DNA from: Candidatus Limnocylindria bacterium
GTDB taxonomy: Bacteria; Chloroflexota; Dormibacteria; CF-121
NCBI GenBank assembly: GCA_035636135.1
Contig: DASPZT010000093.1
Location: 1-37,624, forward strand
Direction of reading: 5' to 3'
Length of the DNA: 37,624 bases
A program made the position numbers and the translations under genes. Numbering within the stretch: position 1 is the first letter of the stretch; every line of letters starts with the position of its first letter. Shown piece after piece: positions 22,567-31,074 of the stretch. The notes below the pieces were generated by a model. That model was not told the DNA's origin. It saw only the letters and a program-made list of their open reading frames with translations, and searched no databases.

Positions 22567-25500
22567 CTAGGCGCTGACCTCTTCGTTGGCGACATCGGCC
22601 TGATCGCCGTTGCGGCTGGGGTCGGGCGGTGTCTGTGGCGAGGTGACCGACGGGCCCGGCAGCCGGATGATCGTCCAGTTCCCGGCCCGCTCACCCCGTT
22701 CGGCAAGGGTTTCATCCTTCGAGAAGAGCAGGATCTGGTGCTCCTGTCCGAGCCGCCCCAGCTCGTCCAGCGCCGCCTTCATTCGCCGGCGGTCGGCGTG
22801 CACCAGGGCCTCGTCCAGGAGTAGCGGCAGCGACTCGGTGCTGCCACTGATGATGCGGGCCAGGGCGACCCGCTGCAGCAGGTAAATCAGCGACCGGGTA
22901 CCCATGCTGAGGTGGTCCACATCCTTGAAGGCGCGATGATCCTGCGTGCGCACCTGCAGGCCAAGGTCGTCCATCACCTGGACTTCTCGGTAGCGCCCGT
23001 TGGTGATGGGTGCCAGCTGGCTCTGCAGCTGGGCCTTCATCTGCGGGATCACGGCTCGCCGCACCGACTTGGCGGCTTCCTCCAGGGTATCGATCGCCAG
23101 GTCGTAGGCATGGGCCTGCGCCTCCAGCTCCTGCAGCTGCTCCTGGACGGTCACCATCTCCTCCTCCAGCGAGGCGACGTCACCGATCTGGAGCAACCGG
23201 TCATTCAAGAGCTCTTCCGCTCGGGCACGCTCCTCCTGCGCTCGCTCTTTGGACGCCCGATGCTGATCCAGCTGGCGCTCGAGATCCGCCAGCGGAACCG
23301 CTCGGTATGGCTCCAGGCTGCCGGCAGCCAGGCCCTGCTGGGCTTGCTGCGACTGCCCTTCCAGCTCGCCCACCAGCTTGGCCAGTCCGGCCGTGTCCTG
23401 GTCGCCCGCTACGGCAATCTGCGAGTCGCGGAGCTCTTTGAGCCTGGCTGTGGAGGTGACGTAGGTGTCGACATGGGCCACGGCGTCATCCCAGCGCCGG
23501 GCCGACGCCTCGGGATCGGCGTCGGTGATCCCCGCGGGTCGATAGATGGCCTCCAGCTTGGCTCGGTATTGGGTGGCCTTCTCGTGCTCGGCCATGGCCC
23601 GGTCCGCCGGCTGCCGCAGCTGGTCGAGTTGCGCCTCCAGCTGCTGGATCCGGGTGCGCAGCTGCTGCGCGGCGCGTCCCGCCTCGCAGGCTCCCAGGAA
23701 ATCCTGACCGGCCGCCAGCGCTTCCCGCCGATCGAAGCCCAGCCGGTCCAGGACCCCATGCAGCCGCTGCCGGAGGGTTTCCCGCCGGTCGTCGAGCGCC
23801 TTCTCGGTTCGGGTGGCCTCTTCCCAGCGCAGCTGGGCGGCCTTCCAGGCGGCATCATCATCCGCCAGGGACTGCATCAGCTGGGCGGTTCCTTCCAGCG
23901 CGCCCTCGGTGGGTGCCGGCTGGGAAAGGCCCCAGCTGCCGATCAGCTCGCGCAAGGTGCGGCCGGCGGCGCGAGACCGTTCCTCGAGCTCCGCCGCCTG
24001 CCGGTCGAGCTCCAGGCGGGTTGCGTCGGACCGAATTCGCTGCAGGTGGTCCACCAGCGCCTGCTGCAGCTCACCGGAGCTGCGCACGCCCCACGGACCG
24101 AGAATCTCTCGACGGCGTAACCGCGCATCATCTTTGGCGCGCAGCCGCCGGTCGACCTGCCGGTTGGCCGCGCCGCGCAAGACCAGTCCCAGGATGGCCC
24201 CCAGCAGGCCCATGCCCAGCAAGAAGGCAGCCACGATAAACGCCAGCGGGCCGACACTGAGCCCGACGAACATGACCAGGAAGGCCACGGCCATCAGCAG
24301 CACGCCGACCAGCGTCACAATGCCCCAGGTCCCGTACTGGGAGCGGGAACGCTCGGCCATCGTCTCTTCGTGCCGCATCGCCTCCTCCGCCTGCTGGGCC
24401 GCCTTGATGGTCTCCGGTACCTCCTTGTAGCGAGAGACGTCCTGCTTCAGCTGCTCGAGCCGCGGGGGGAGCTCGGCCCCGGCCCGACGCCGGGCTTCGG
24501 TCGCCGCATTGCTCCGTTCCCGCCACTCCGCATAGACGCGCTGGAACTCGACGTGCCGCGACGTCCACTCGGCGCCCTGGCCGATCAGGCCCGGATGTCG
24601 ATCGGCCAGGTGCTGCACCTCGTCGGCGCCGGTGCGGGCGCGCAGGTGGGCTTCCGGCGCCTGCGCATCCATCAGACTGAGCGAGGACACCAGCTCCCGC
24701 ACCATGGGCTCTTCCTTCAGGGAGCTCGGGCTGACGCCGCGCGCGCGGGCGATCTGGCCCTGGTACTCCTGCTCGAGTTTCGCGCGCTCCGCCCCGAGCG
24801 CGGTCACTTCGGAGGCGGCCTCCGCGGCCCGGGTGGCGAATTCTCGCTCGGCTTCCTCGGTCGCCCGCCAGCGGGTGCGCAGGCCGCGCACCTCTTCGTC
24901 GCGCGCACGCGGGAAACCGGAAAAGGCGGCATGCTCGTGGAGGCGGGCATTCTCATCGGCGATCATCTGGTCGATCTGCTGCACCCGGTCCAGGCGCCGC
25001 CGGGCGTCCTCGAACCGGGCGGTCAGCACCGCCGCCTCCAGCGTCTGCACCACGGAGAGCTCGGCCTCGGTCAGGGTGGCCACCACCTCTCGCTTCTGGG
25101 CCAGCTCTTCAACCGCGCTCCGAGCCTGCCGGGCCGCGGCCAGCTGGCGTTCCAGCTCCGCCAGACGGGCGGCCAGCAGGTGCAGGGGGCCGGTTCGGCC
25201 GCGGGGGCGGCCCACCCGTTCGATCCGTTCCTGTCGCAGCCGGTCCAGGACCTTGCGGGCCGTGCGATCGGGATGGGCCGAGTCGGCCAGCGCCGTGATC
25301 GCTTCCCGGATCGCCCCCGAGTCCTCGATCCGCATGACTTCCGCTCGCGAGATGCAGGCCGTGCCCGTGAAGATGTCCTTGGGGATCCCCAGGATGCGCC
25401 GCCCCAGGGACCCGGTCTCGCCGTCGGTCAAGAAATGCGCCGTCATGTCCTCGCCGGTCTCCAGATCCTGTACGCCGACGGTCTCGCCATCGAAGTCGCG

Positions 25501-25776
25501 GTCCACCCGCAGCCGGCGGCCATCGTCCAGCTCGAACTCCAGCGCCAGCCGAAAGGCGCTGTCGTGCCACGGCCGCCACCGCTCCACGGCCGCCGCGGCG
25601 GCGGGGCCGCGCGTCTTTTCCGACTGGAAGCCATACAGGCCGGTGAGGATGGCTTCCTGCAACGTGGACTTGCCGGCCTCGTTGGGCCCGATCACCAGGT
25701 TCATCCCTTTGCCGAAACGCAAGTCGGTGGCGCGCAGCACGCCGAAGCCATCGACCTGGATGCGCGTCAGCTGCAT
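22567..25776 (-). CDS. Rad50/SbcC-like SMC-type ATPase (YhaN/AAA_27-like) with a central two-helix membrane hairpin
   Basis: Walker A GPNEAGKST, signature LSMGTRSLIYLLQRVALA and Walker B LPLLLDEALVHAD, with long Ala/Glu/Arg/Leu-rich coiled-coil arms. Residues ~484-533 (WGIVTLVGVLLMAVAFLVMFVGL / PLAFIVAAFLLGMGLLGAILGLVL) are hydrophobic; nt 24178-24327. Confidence 0.9.
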   Translation of the reverse strand: MQLTRIQVDGFGVLRATDLRFGKGMNLVIGPNEAGKSTLQEAILTGLYGFQSEKTRGPAAAAAVERWRPWHDSAFRLALEFELDDGRRLRVDRDFDGETVGVQDLETGEDMTAHFLTDGETGSLGRRILGIPKDIFTGTACISRAEVMRIEDSGAIREAITALADSAHPDRTARKVLDRLRQERIERVGRPRGRTGPLHLLAARLAELERQLAAARQARSAVEELAQKREVVATLTEAELSVVQTLEAAVLTARFEDARRRLDRVQQIDQMIADENARLHEHAAFSGFPRARDEEVRGLRTRWRATEEAEREFATRAAEAASEVTALGAERAKLEQEYQGQIARARGVSPSSLKEEPMVRELVSSLSLMDAQAPEAHLRARTGADEVQHLADRHPGLIGQGAEWTSRHVEFQRVYAEWRERSNAATEARRRAGAELPPRLEQLKQDVSRYKEVPETIKAAQQAEEAMRHEETMAERSRSQYGTWGIVTLVGVLLMAVAFLVMFVGLSVGPLAFIVAAFLLGMGLLGAILGLVLRGAANRQVDRRLRAKDDARLRRREILGPWGVRSSGELQQALVDHLQRIRSDATRLELDRQAAELEERSRAAGRTLRELIGSWGLSQPAPTEGALEGTAQLMQSLADDDAAWKAAQLRWEEATRTEKALDDRRETLRQRLHGVLDRLGFDRREALAAGQDFLGACEAGRAAQQLRTRIQQLEAQLDQLRQPADRAMAEHEKATQYRAKLEAIYRPAGITDADPEASARRWDDAVAHVDTYVTSTARLKELRDSQIAVAGDQDTAGLAKLVGELEGQSQQAQQGLAAGSLEPYRAVPLADLERQLDQHRASKERAQEERARAEELLNDRLLQIGDVASLEEEMVTVQEQLQELEAQAHAYDLAIDTLEEAAKSVRRAVIPQMKAQLQSQLAPITNGRYREVQVMDDLGLQVRTQDHRAFKDVDHLSMGTRSLIYLLQRVALARIISGSTESLPLLLDEALVHADRRRMKAALDELGRLGQEHQILLFSKDETLAERGERAGNWTIIRLPGPSVTSPQTPPDPSRNGDQADVANEEVSA

Positions 25777-25800
25777 GCTAAGCCCGGATCCACGCTAGGC

Positions 25801-26892
25801 TCATGGCTCGAAGGCATCCAGGGCCAGCTGGAGGGCGCGGCCGACCGTCTCATCTTTTTCCGCGTCGCCCCGATGGGCCTGGAGCTGCCGAACCATCTCT
25901 CCTCGGCTCGTGAATTCGCTGCCCACCGCCTCCAGGTCGTGGATCCGCCGCGTTTCGTCCAGGAATTCCAGGTGCGCGAACCCGTCATTGCACTCCAGGG
26001 CCAGCGCCCGCGGATCCAGGTCTAGCGACTGGGTTCGTTCGCCAACCAGTCGGGTGCGCAGGACGGCGCCGTCCAGGTGCCGGCTCTCGCGGGCGGCCAG
26101 CACCGCATCGCGCACCTGTTCCCGGCTGGTCATACCAGTCACGTCCAGGGTCTCCTCCACAAAGCGGCGGTGATTGATGTCCTGCAAGTCGACCGACACA
26201 TTGCGGTCATCGCCGACCGTGACCAGGGCCACGCAGTGACGGCCGGTCTCGTCCCATCCCAGCGGCTCCGGGCTTCCTGGATAGGTCAGCAATCCCTGGC
26301 TCATGGCGTTGTGGTAATGGCCGAGGAGCGCCTGGCGAAAACCCGCCCGCTCGACCTGGGCTTGCACGATGGGCGCCACCGGCGTGACGCCGTCGGGGAC
26401 CGTATGCATGTCCGAGGCGTGCAGCAGGAGCAGGTGGGCGCCATCGCCCAGCGACGGCGTGGCCGCCAGCGGGGTCTCGGAGGTGTTGGCCGGATTGAAG
26501 CCCGCCGCCCAGACGCTGACGCCGCCATAGACGTAGGGGCGAAGGTCCTCATGGGTGGCCACGGTGACATTGGCGGGCCAGCGTAGATATCGATACGGGG
26601 AGCTGGCGGTGGCCGGGTCGCTATGCCCGGGCGCGATCAACACCGGTCGAGAGGTTTGCCCCAGCGTTTGGGCCAGGAAGAGGGCGGTCTCCCGGGTGAT
26701 GTGATCATGTTCGAACAGATCACCGGCGCAGGTGATTAGATCCACCTGCTCGTGATCGGCCCGTTCGAGAATTCGCTGCAGCGCGGCCCGGAGGTCTTCG
26801 CGTCGCCGCTGTGCCGCGACCCCGAAGAGTCGCTGCGGAGCAAAGGATCGGTCGAGATGCAGGTCGGCGAAATGGAGCAGGCGAAGGGCCAA
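25801..26892 (-). CDS. Mre11/SbcD-like metallophosphoesterase nuclease (YhaO-like)
   Basis: LLHFADLHLD, CAGDLFEH, LLLHASD and LGHYHNA phosphoesterase motifs. It lies 24 nt upstream of the ATPase gene on the same strand. Confidence 0.9.
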   Translation of the reverse strand: MALRLLHFADLHLDRSFAPQRLFGVAAQRRREDLRAALQRILERADHEQVDLITCAGDLFEHDHITRETALFLAQTLGQTSRPVLIAPGHSDPATASSPYRYLRWPANVTVATHEDLRPYVYGGVSVWAAGFNPANTSETPLAATPSLGDGAHLLLLHASDMHTVPDGVTPVAPIVQAQVERAGFRQALLGHYHNAMSQGLLTYPGSPEPLGWDETGRHCVALVTVGDDRNVSVDLQDINHRRFVEETLDVTGMTSREQVRDAVLAARESRHLDGAVLRTRLVGERTQSLDLDPRALALECNDGFAHLEFLDETRRIHDLEAVGSEFTSRGEMVRQLQAHRGDAEKDETVGRALQLALDAFEP

Positions 26893-26940
26893 AGATCTCC
26901 CGCAAAGGCGAATTGCCGAGAAATTCGGTTCGAGGTTGCC

Positions 26941-26971
26941 GACATTATAGAAGGTTGTGGCTGGGAATACG
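26941..26971 (+). promoter_or_regulatory. Conserved ~30-nt block, copy 2, in the divergent nuclease/WYL intergenic region
   Basis: See 21839..21870. On the minus strand the block contains a perfect TATAAT (26949..26944), 52 nt upstream of the nuclease start. A CGAATT-N7-AATTCG inverted repeat lies at 26909-26927 and GTGACAGG at 26993-27000. Confidence 0.45.
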
Positions 26972-27003
26972 GTGTCCGCGTGAGTCCGTTAACGTGACAG
27001 GTC

Positions 27004-28068
27004 ATGGGGTCGTTTGAGAAGGGGGACCGGGGGGCTCGCATCCTCAAGATGCAGACCCTCTTGCAGGGCAACCCTCGCGGGCTGACTCGCGCGGAGCTGG
27101 CGCGCCGGACGGGGGTCACGGTTCGGACCACCTACCGTGACGTGCGGGCGCTGGAGGCGATGAACGTTCCCGTCTACGAGGAGGGCGGGCGGATCCTCAT
27201 CGATCCCAACTATTTCGTCGCCCCTGTGAAATTCACGCTGGGCGAGGCGATGGCCCTCCTCATCGGTGTCCGCCTGTGGTCGCGATACACGGATGAGGCC
27301 GACCCGGACGCCGCCGACGCGTTCAGCAAGCTGGCCGCCGTGCTCCCGGCACCGGTAGCCGAGTACGTGCACGCCACCGTCGCCCAAATGCTGAAACGCC
27401 CGGCCAACCCGGGCTACTCGCGTACCGTGCAAACCTTGGCCCTGGCGTGGGCCGGCCGCCGGGTGGCGCGCATCTGGTACCGGGCGGCCGAGGCCGACGC
27501 GCCGCCGCGGCTGATCGAGCCCTACTTTCTCGAGCCCTCCCAGATCGGCCACAGCCTCTACGTGGTGGCCCGGGATCGCGGCGTTGGCGAAATGCGCACG
27601 TTCAAGGTCGAGCGCATCGCTCGGGCGGAACTCACGGCCGACACCTATCAGATCCCACCCGACTTCGACATCAACACCTACCTGTCGCGGGCCTGGGGCA
27701 TCTTCCATTCCGGTGAGCCCGTGGAAGTCCGCCTCCGCTTCTTTCCGCCTGCCGTGGCCCGCGTCACGGAGTCGACCTGGCATCCGTCCCAGCGCCTCCG
27801 TCCGCTGTCCGATGGAACGTTGGAAATGAGCGTGACCGTGGCGGGGACGGTCGAGATCACGCCCTGGATCCTTGGCTGGGGCGAGACCGTCGAGGTGTTG
27901 GAACCACCGGACCTGCGCCTGCGCATCGTCGAAATCGGCCGCGCTCTGGCGGAGCGCCACGCCGGTGTGGGCCGCGTCCAACCGGCCAACGGCGAGACCG
28001 GTGCCCGGCCCCCGGCCGTCGGGCGGGCCGTTACAGCTCGTAGCGGGCGTGCGCCGCGGCATAGCTAG
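27004..28068 (+). CDS. HTH-WYL-WCX transcriptional regulator (PafBC/DriD/YafY-like)
   Basis: N-terminal LTRAELARRTGVTVRTTYRDVRALEAMNVPVYEE (HTH_11/DeoR-type). WYL domain RIWYRAAEADAPPRLIEPYFLEPSQIGHSLYVVARDRGVGEMRTFKVERI. C-terminal extension ending VEVLEPPDLR. Confidence 0.85.
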   Translation: MGSFEKGDRGARILKMQTLLQGNPRGLTRAELARRTGVTVRTTYRDVRALEAMNVPVYEEGGRILIDPNYFVAPVKFTLGEAMALLIGVRLWSRYTDEADPDAADAFSKLAAVLPAPVAEYVHATVAQMLKRPANPGYSRTVQTLALAWAGRRVARIWYRAAEADAPPRLIEPYFLEPSQIGHSLYVVARDRGVGEMRTFKVERIARAELTADTYQIPPDFDINTYLSRAWGIFHSGEPVEVRLRFFPPAVARVTESTWHPSQRLRPLSDGTLEMSVTVAGTVEITPWILGWGETVEVLEPPDLRLRIVEIGRALAERHAGVGRVQPANGETGARPPAVGRAVTARSGRAPRHS

Positions 28069-29077
28069 GGTCATCGGCCCGGAACAGGTCCGCATCGACG
28101 CCCCGCCGGCGCGAGACGAAATAGGCCAGCCACTGCAGCGGAATCACGTTGAGGATGGGGGCCAGCGGCTCCGGGAGGGGCGGAGTGGCAAACGTCCACC
28201 CAGCCGCATCGAGAGCTGCGGCCGCTGAGCCAACTACCGCAAACGGCACGCCGATCGCGCTCAGGCCGGCCGCCACATCCTGGGTCCGCGCCAGGCTCGG
28301 CCCCGGCTCGGCGATCATTACGGCGCGGTCGGCCGCATCGATGCTGATCAGCGGTCCATGGAGGACGGCCTCGACCTCGTGCCCCTCGGCGAACACGAAG
28401 GATGCCTCGCGCAGCTTGAGCGCGCCCTCCAATGCGGTGGCGGTCGCCGGGCCGCCGCCGATGAAAAAGGTCCCGCGATCGAACCGAATCTGCTCTGCCT
28501 GGGCGGCGATCGGGTCGCGGCTGTCCTCCAGGACGGATTGCACGCGAGCGGGCAGCCCCTCCATCGCCTCGGCCCAAGCCGAGTGGAGATCGGGCGACGC
28601 GTGCGTCGCCAGCTGGGCCAGGCGCACCAGCGCCCCGACGTGACTGACGGTATGGACCGAGGAGCGCTCCTGCGGCACGGTCTGGACGACGCCGGCGCCC
28701 GTCAACGGCGAGCCCTGGCCGGTGATGGCGATCCAGCGGTCGGCCAGCCCGCTGACGTGTTGGAGGGCCCCCATGCTGAAGCGCTTGGTGCCGCGATGGC
28801 TGAGGACGATCAGGCCGTCCCCGGGACGGAGCGCCGGCGGGTACTGGCTGAACTCGAAGGCCGGGACCGCCCACGCCTCGTAGCCGGCTGCCCGAAAGAG
28901 GTGCTCCCCCACCATCGCGCCGTGGTAGCTGGTGCCGGTGCCAGCGATGAACAGCCGGCGCACGCCTTGCAGCCGGTTGGCAGCCGCCGCCACCGGCTCG
29001 GTGTCCGCCAGCAGGCGGGCCGCCTGCTCCCCCTGGCTCTCGATCGCCGCTCGCAGAAAGGCGCCTGGCTCCTTCAC
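28031..29077 (-). CDS. Double-SIS-domain sugar-phosphate isomerase/aminotransferase-like protein (GlmS isomerase-domain / FrlB-AgaS-like)
   Basis: RLFIAGTGTSYHGAMVGEHLF (SIS motif), a second SIS-like half (FFIGGGPATATALEGALKLRE) and no glutaminase domain. Confidence 0.8.
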   Translation of the reverse strand: MKEPGAFLRAAIESQGEQAARLLADTEPVAAAANRLQGVRRLFIAGTGTSYHGAMVGEHLFRAAGYEAWAVPAFEFSQYPPALRPGDGLIVLSHRGTKRFSMGALQHVSGLADRWIAITGQGSPLTGAGVVQTVPQERSSVHTVSHVGALVRLAQLATHASPDLHSAWAEAMEGLPARVQSVLEDSRDPIAAQAEQIRFDRGTFFIGGGPATATALEGALKLREASFVFAEGHEVEAVLHGPLISIDAADRAVMIAEPGPSLARTQDVAAGLSAIGVPFAVVGSAAAALDAAGWTFATPPLPEPLAPILNVIPLQWLAYFVSRRRGVDADLFRADDPSYAAAHARYEL

Positions 29078-29189
29078 GGCGCCCGAACGTTAGCAGATCC
29101 AGCCAAATATTCGGTTGCGACGGATCCGTCACGATCCCGTGAGTGCATTGCGGTCGCCAGCGATCCGTGGGCCGCCTATCCTGAGCCCC

Positions 29190-29399
29190 GTGCAGCCCGA
29201 ACCCTTCGATCCCAAAGTCATCGACGATCCGTCCGTGAGCCACGTCAGGGAACGCGTGCAGCGGGCCGCCCGGCAGCAGCCGCTACGTCCGGGTGCGCTC
29301 TGTCCCTCCTGCGGCGGTCACGCCTTCCGTCGGGCCGAACTGAAAGCGGGCACCCCGTGCCCCAAGTGCGGCCAGAAGCCATCTAGCATCGCCGCCTAG
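29190..29399 (+). CDS. Small zinc-ribbon protein
   Basis: CPSCGG...CPKCGQ pair and GC3-rich frame. Start uncertain: GTG 29190 or TTG 29115, with no clear SD. Confidence 0.4.
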   Translation: MQPEPFDPKVIDDPSVSHVRERVQRAARQQPLRPGALCPSCGGHAFRRAELKAGTPCPKCGQKPSSIAA

Positions 29400-29454
29400 A
29401 CAAGAGGGGGGCGATAGCGAACGGCCTTTGGGCCGAGGGGGGAGCGGCCGGTAG

Positions 29455-29521
29455 GCGCTGCTATCAAGCAGCGCCGGTGCGGGAGGTCAAGAGGAAGAGC
29501 CGTGGCGGCTCTTGACCTCCC
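29455..29521. terminator. Two adjacent strong hairpins between convergent genes
   Basis: gcgctgct-atca-agcagcgc (29455-29474). gggaggtcaagag...ctcttgacctccc (29481-29521) has 13-bp arms, with an alternative 16-bp register through aagagccg-tgg-cggctctt. No U tract. Confidence 0.5.
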
Positions 29522-29563
29522 GCAACATCGGCCAGCTGGGGGGATCTGCCCCCCAGTGAGTCT

Positions 29564-30310
29564 CTACGCGGCTTGGAGAATACGGGGCTCGAGATCCTCG
29601 GGGCGCAGGCAGGTGGAGAGAGCATGCGCGATGACTTCCGGATGCAGGTCGAGGCCTCGCTGGAACGGATGCACGCTCAATATCACCGGGATGGAGCGCC
29701 CGTCGAAGTGGTAGGCGAGCGTTTTGCCATGCAGCTGCTCGATCGGGCGCCAAGCCTTCCACCCGCTGATGGCACGCTGCCAGAAGTAGGCGGCCGTCGT
29801 CCCGCCCATGGCCACGATTGCCTGGGGGGCGACCCGTTTCACGATCGGCTCGAGGTGCCGGGTCACGCATTGGGTGAGCGCGGGGTCGGTGACCCGATCG
29901 GGATTCCCAGTCGGGCAGCGGACTGCCCAGGTGTGGAAGGCAAAATCCAGGGCGTCGCGCTTCGCGTGCGGCAGGCTTAATCGCTCCCGCAATCCGGCGA
30001 AGACTCTCTGGCTGAACTGGAAATAGGGCTGGACCACTTCCCACCGGAACTGGTGTTCCAGGTTCGACTCGCGCTCCAGCCAGGCTTCGAAGGCGGCGTC
30101 GGAGGCGCTTTCCGGATCAATGGGGCTGGGACTGAGGAAGAGCAGGGGACCGTGCGGGTTGCCGAAGCCGAGCTGCGGGCGGCGATCGAGCCTGGCCAGC
30201 TGCTGGCACGGGCTCTGGGCACCCTTGGCCGCTTCGGTGGCCGCGCACTCGTGGAGAAGCTGCAGGGGTTGGGATCCGAAGAATTGGAGGTGTTGGGGGG
30301 CTCTGCTCAT
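29564..30310 (-). CDS. Uracil-DNA-glycosylase-superfamily-like protein with atypical motifs
   Basis: GNPHGPLLFLSPSP sits where UDG motif A (GxxPG-type) is expected, and SVHPFQRG where motif B (HPS/HPA-type) is expected. Start taken at ATG 30310 (MSRAPQHL). Confidence 0.55.
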   Translation of the reverse strand: MSRAPQHLQFFGSQPLQLLHECAATEAAKGAQSPCQQLARLDRRPQLGFGNPHGPLLFLSPSPIDPESASDAAFEAWLERESNLEHQFRWEVVQPYFQFSQRVFAGLRERLSLPHAKRDALDFAFHTWAVRCPTGNPDRVTDPALTQCVTRHLEPIVKRVAPQAIVAMGGTTAAYFWQRAISGWKAWRPIEQLHGKTLAYHFDGRSIPVILSVHPFQRGLDLHPEVIAHALSTCLRPEDLEPRILQAA

Positions 30311-30378
30311 GCTAGGTGGTTCGACGCACCCGGCGACCCCATCCTTGCGCTGGCGCGGTCGGTCCGTACGATTGGAGC

Positions 30379-30732
30379 ATGCCCAGACCCGGCGCAGCCG
30401 CATCCCCGCCACCGCCCCAGGTGCCGGGCATCGACGTCGTCGAAGCCCGGCGCCGGCTCCAGGGAGAGCGGCCTCCGTACGTCCTCGACGTTCGCGAGCC
30501 CTGGGAGTACCTGGCCGGCCATCTTCCCGGCGCCGTCCTGGTGCCGCTGGGCGAACTCGACCGCCGCCTCGCCGAAGTACCGAGAGACCGGCCGGTGCTG
30601 GCGGTCTGCCACAGCGGCAGCCGAAGCTGGACGGCCGCGGCCTTTCTCCTGGCGTCCGGTTATCCGGACGTCACCAACGTCGATGGCGGAACCGCCGCCT
30701 GGATAGAGAAGGGGTATCCCACAGACCGGTAG
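30379..30732 (+). CDS. Single-domain rhodanese sulfurtransferase
   Basis: YVLDVREPWEYLAGHLPGAV and active-site loop CHSGSRS. ATG at 30379 is preferred over the upstream GTG at 30316. Confidence 0.8.
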   Translation: MPRPGAAASPPPPQVPGIDVVEARRRLQGERPPYVLDVREPWEYLAGHLPGAVLVPLGELDRRLAEVPRDRPVLAVCHSGSRSWTAAAFLLASGYPDVTNVDGGTAAWIEKGYPTDR

Positions 30733-30771
30733 ACGATCCCGGCCCGCTGCGCCCGGCCCTGGTGCGGCTGG

Positions 30772-31017
30772 TTAGCTCCCGACCTTTAGCTGGGTGGCGT
30801 CGAAGATCAGTACCCGGCCGGCCACCACGCTGCTGGCCAGGCCCTTCCAGGCCTCGGGGTCCACTACCCAGGCGCGGGCCACGACGATGTCCGGGCCCTC
30901 GAGGATCATCCGGGTTCCGTTGCTGGAAACCTCCACTGGGGAGAGTTGCAGCGCCTTGACTTTCTCGATGGCAAGACCCTCTGCCAGGATCGTTCGCTCA
31001 ATTTCCACCCGTGCCAC
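30772..31017 (-). CDS. Small protein of unknown family (paralogue of 19835..20110)
   Basis: 81 aa with an ATG start and GC3-rich frame. It shares the AxxxV[KR]ALQ...VVARAWVVDPEAW pattern with the other copy and is divergent from rmuC. Confidence 0.55.
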   Translation of the reverse strand: MARVEIERTILAEGLAIEKVKALQLSPVEVSSNGTRMILEGPDIVVARAWVVDPEAWKGLASSVVAGRVLIFDATQLKVGS

Positions 31018-31074
31018 TTACGTGAGCCCCAATATGCCGGATTCGGCACCCAACCGCAACCAAGGGCCTCGGCC

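Noticed and set aside
22912-26025. Long plus-strand ORFs (22912..24120, 24370..26025, 24632..25798) antisense to the SMC-like ATPase
   Set aside because: They have no recognisable motifs and a Gly/Arg/Leu/Pro-rich composition. The minus strand has Walker A/B, signature motif and coiled coils. They are shadow ORFs.
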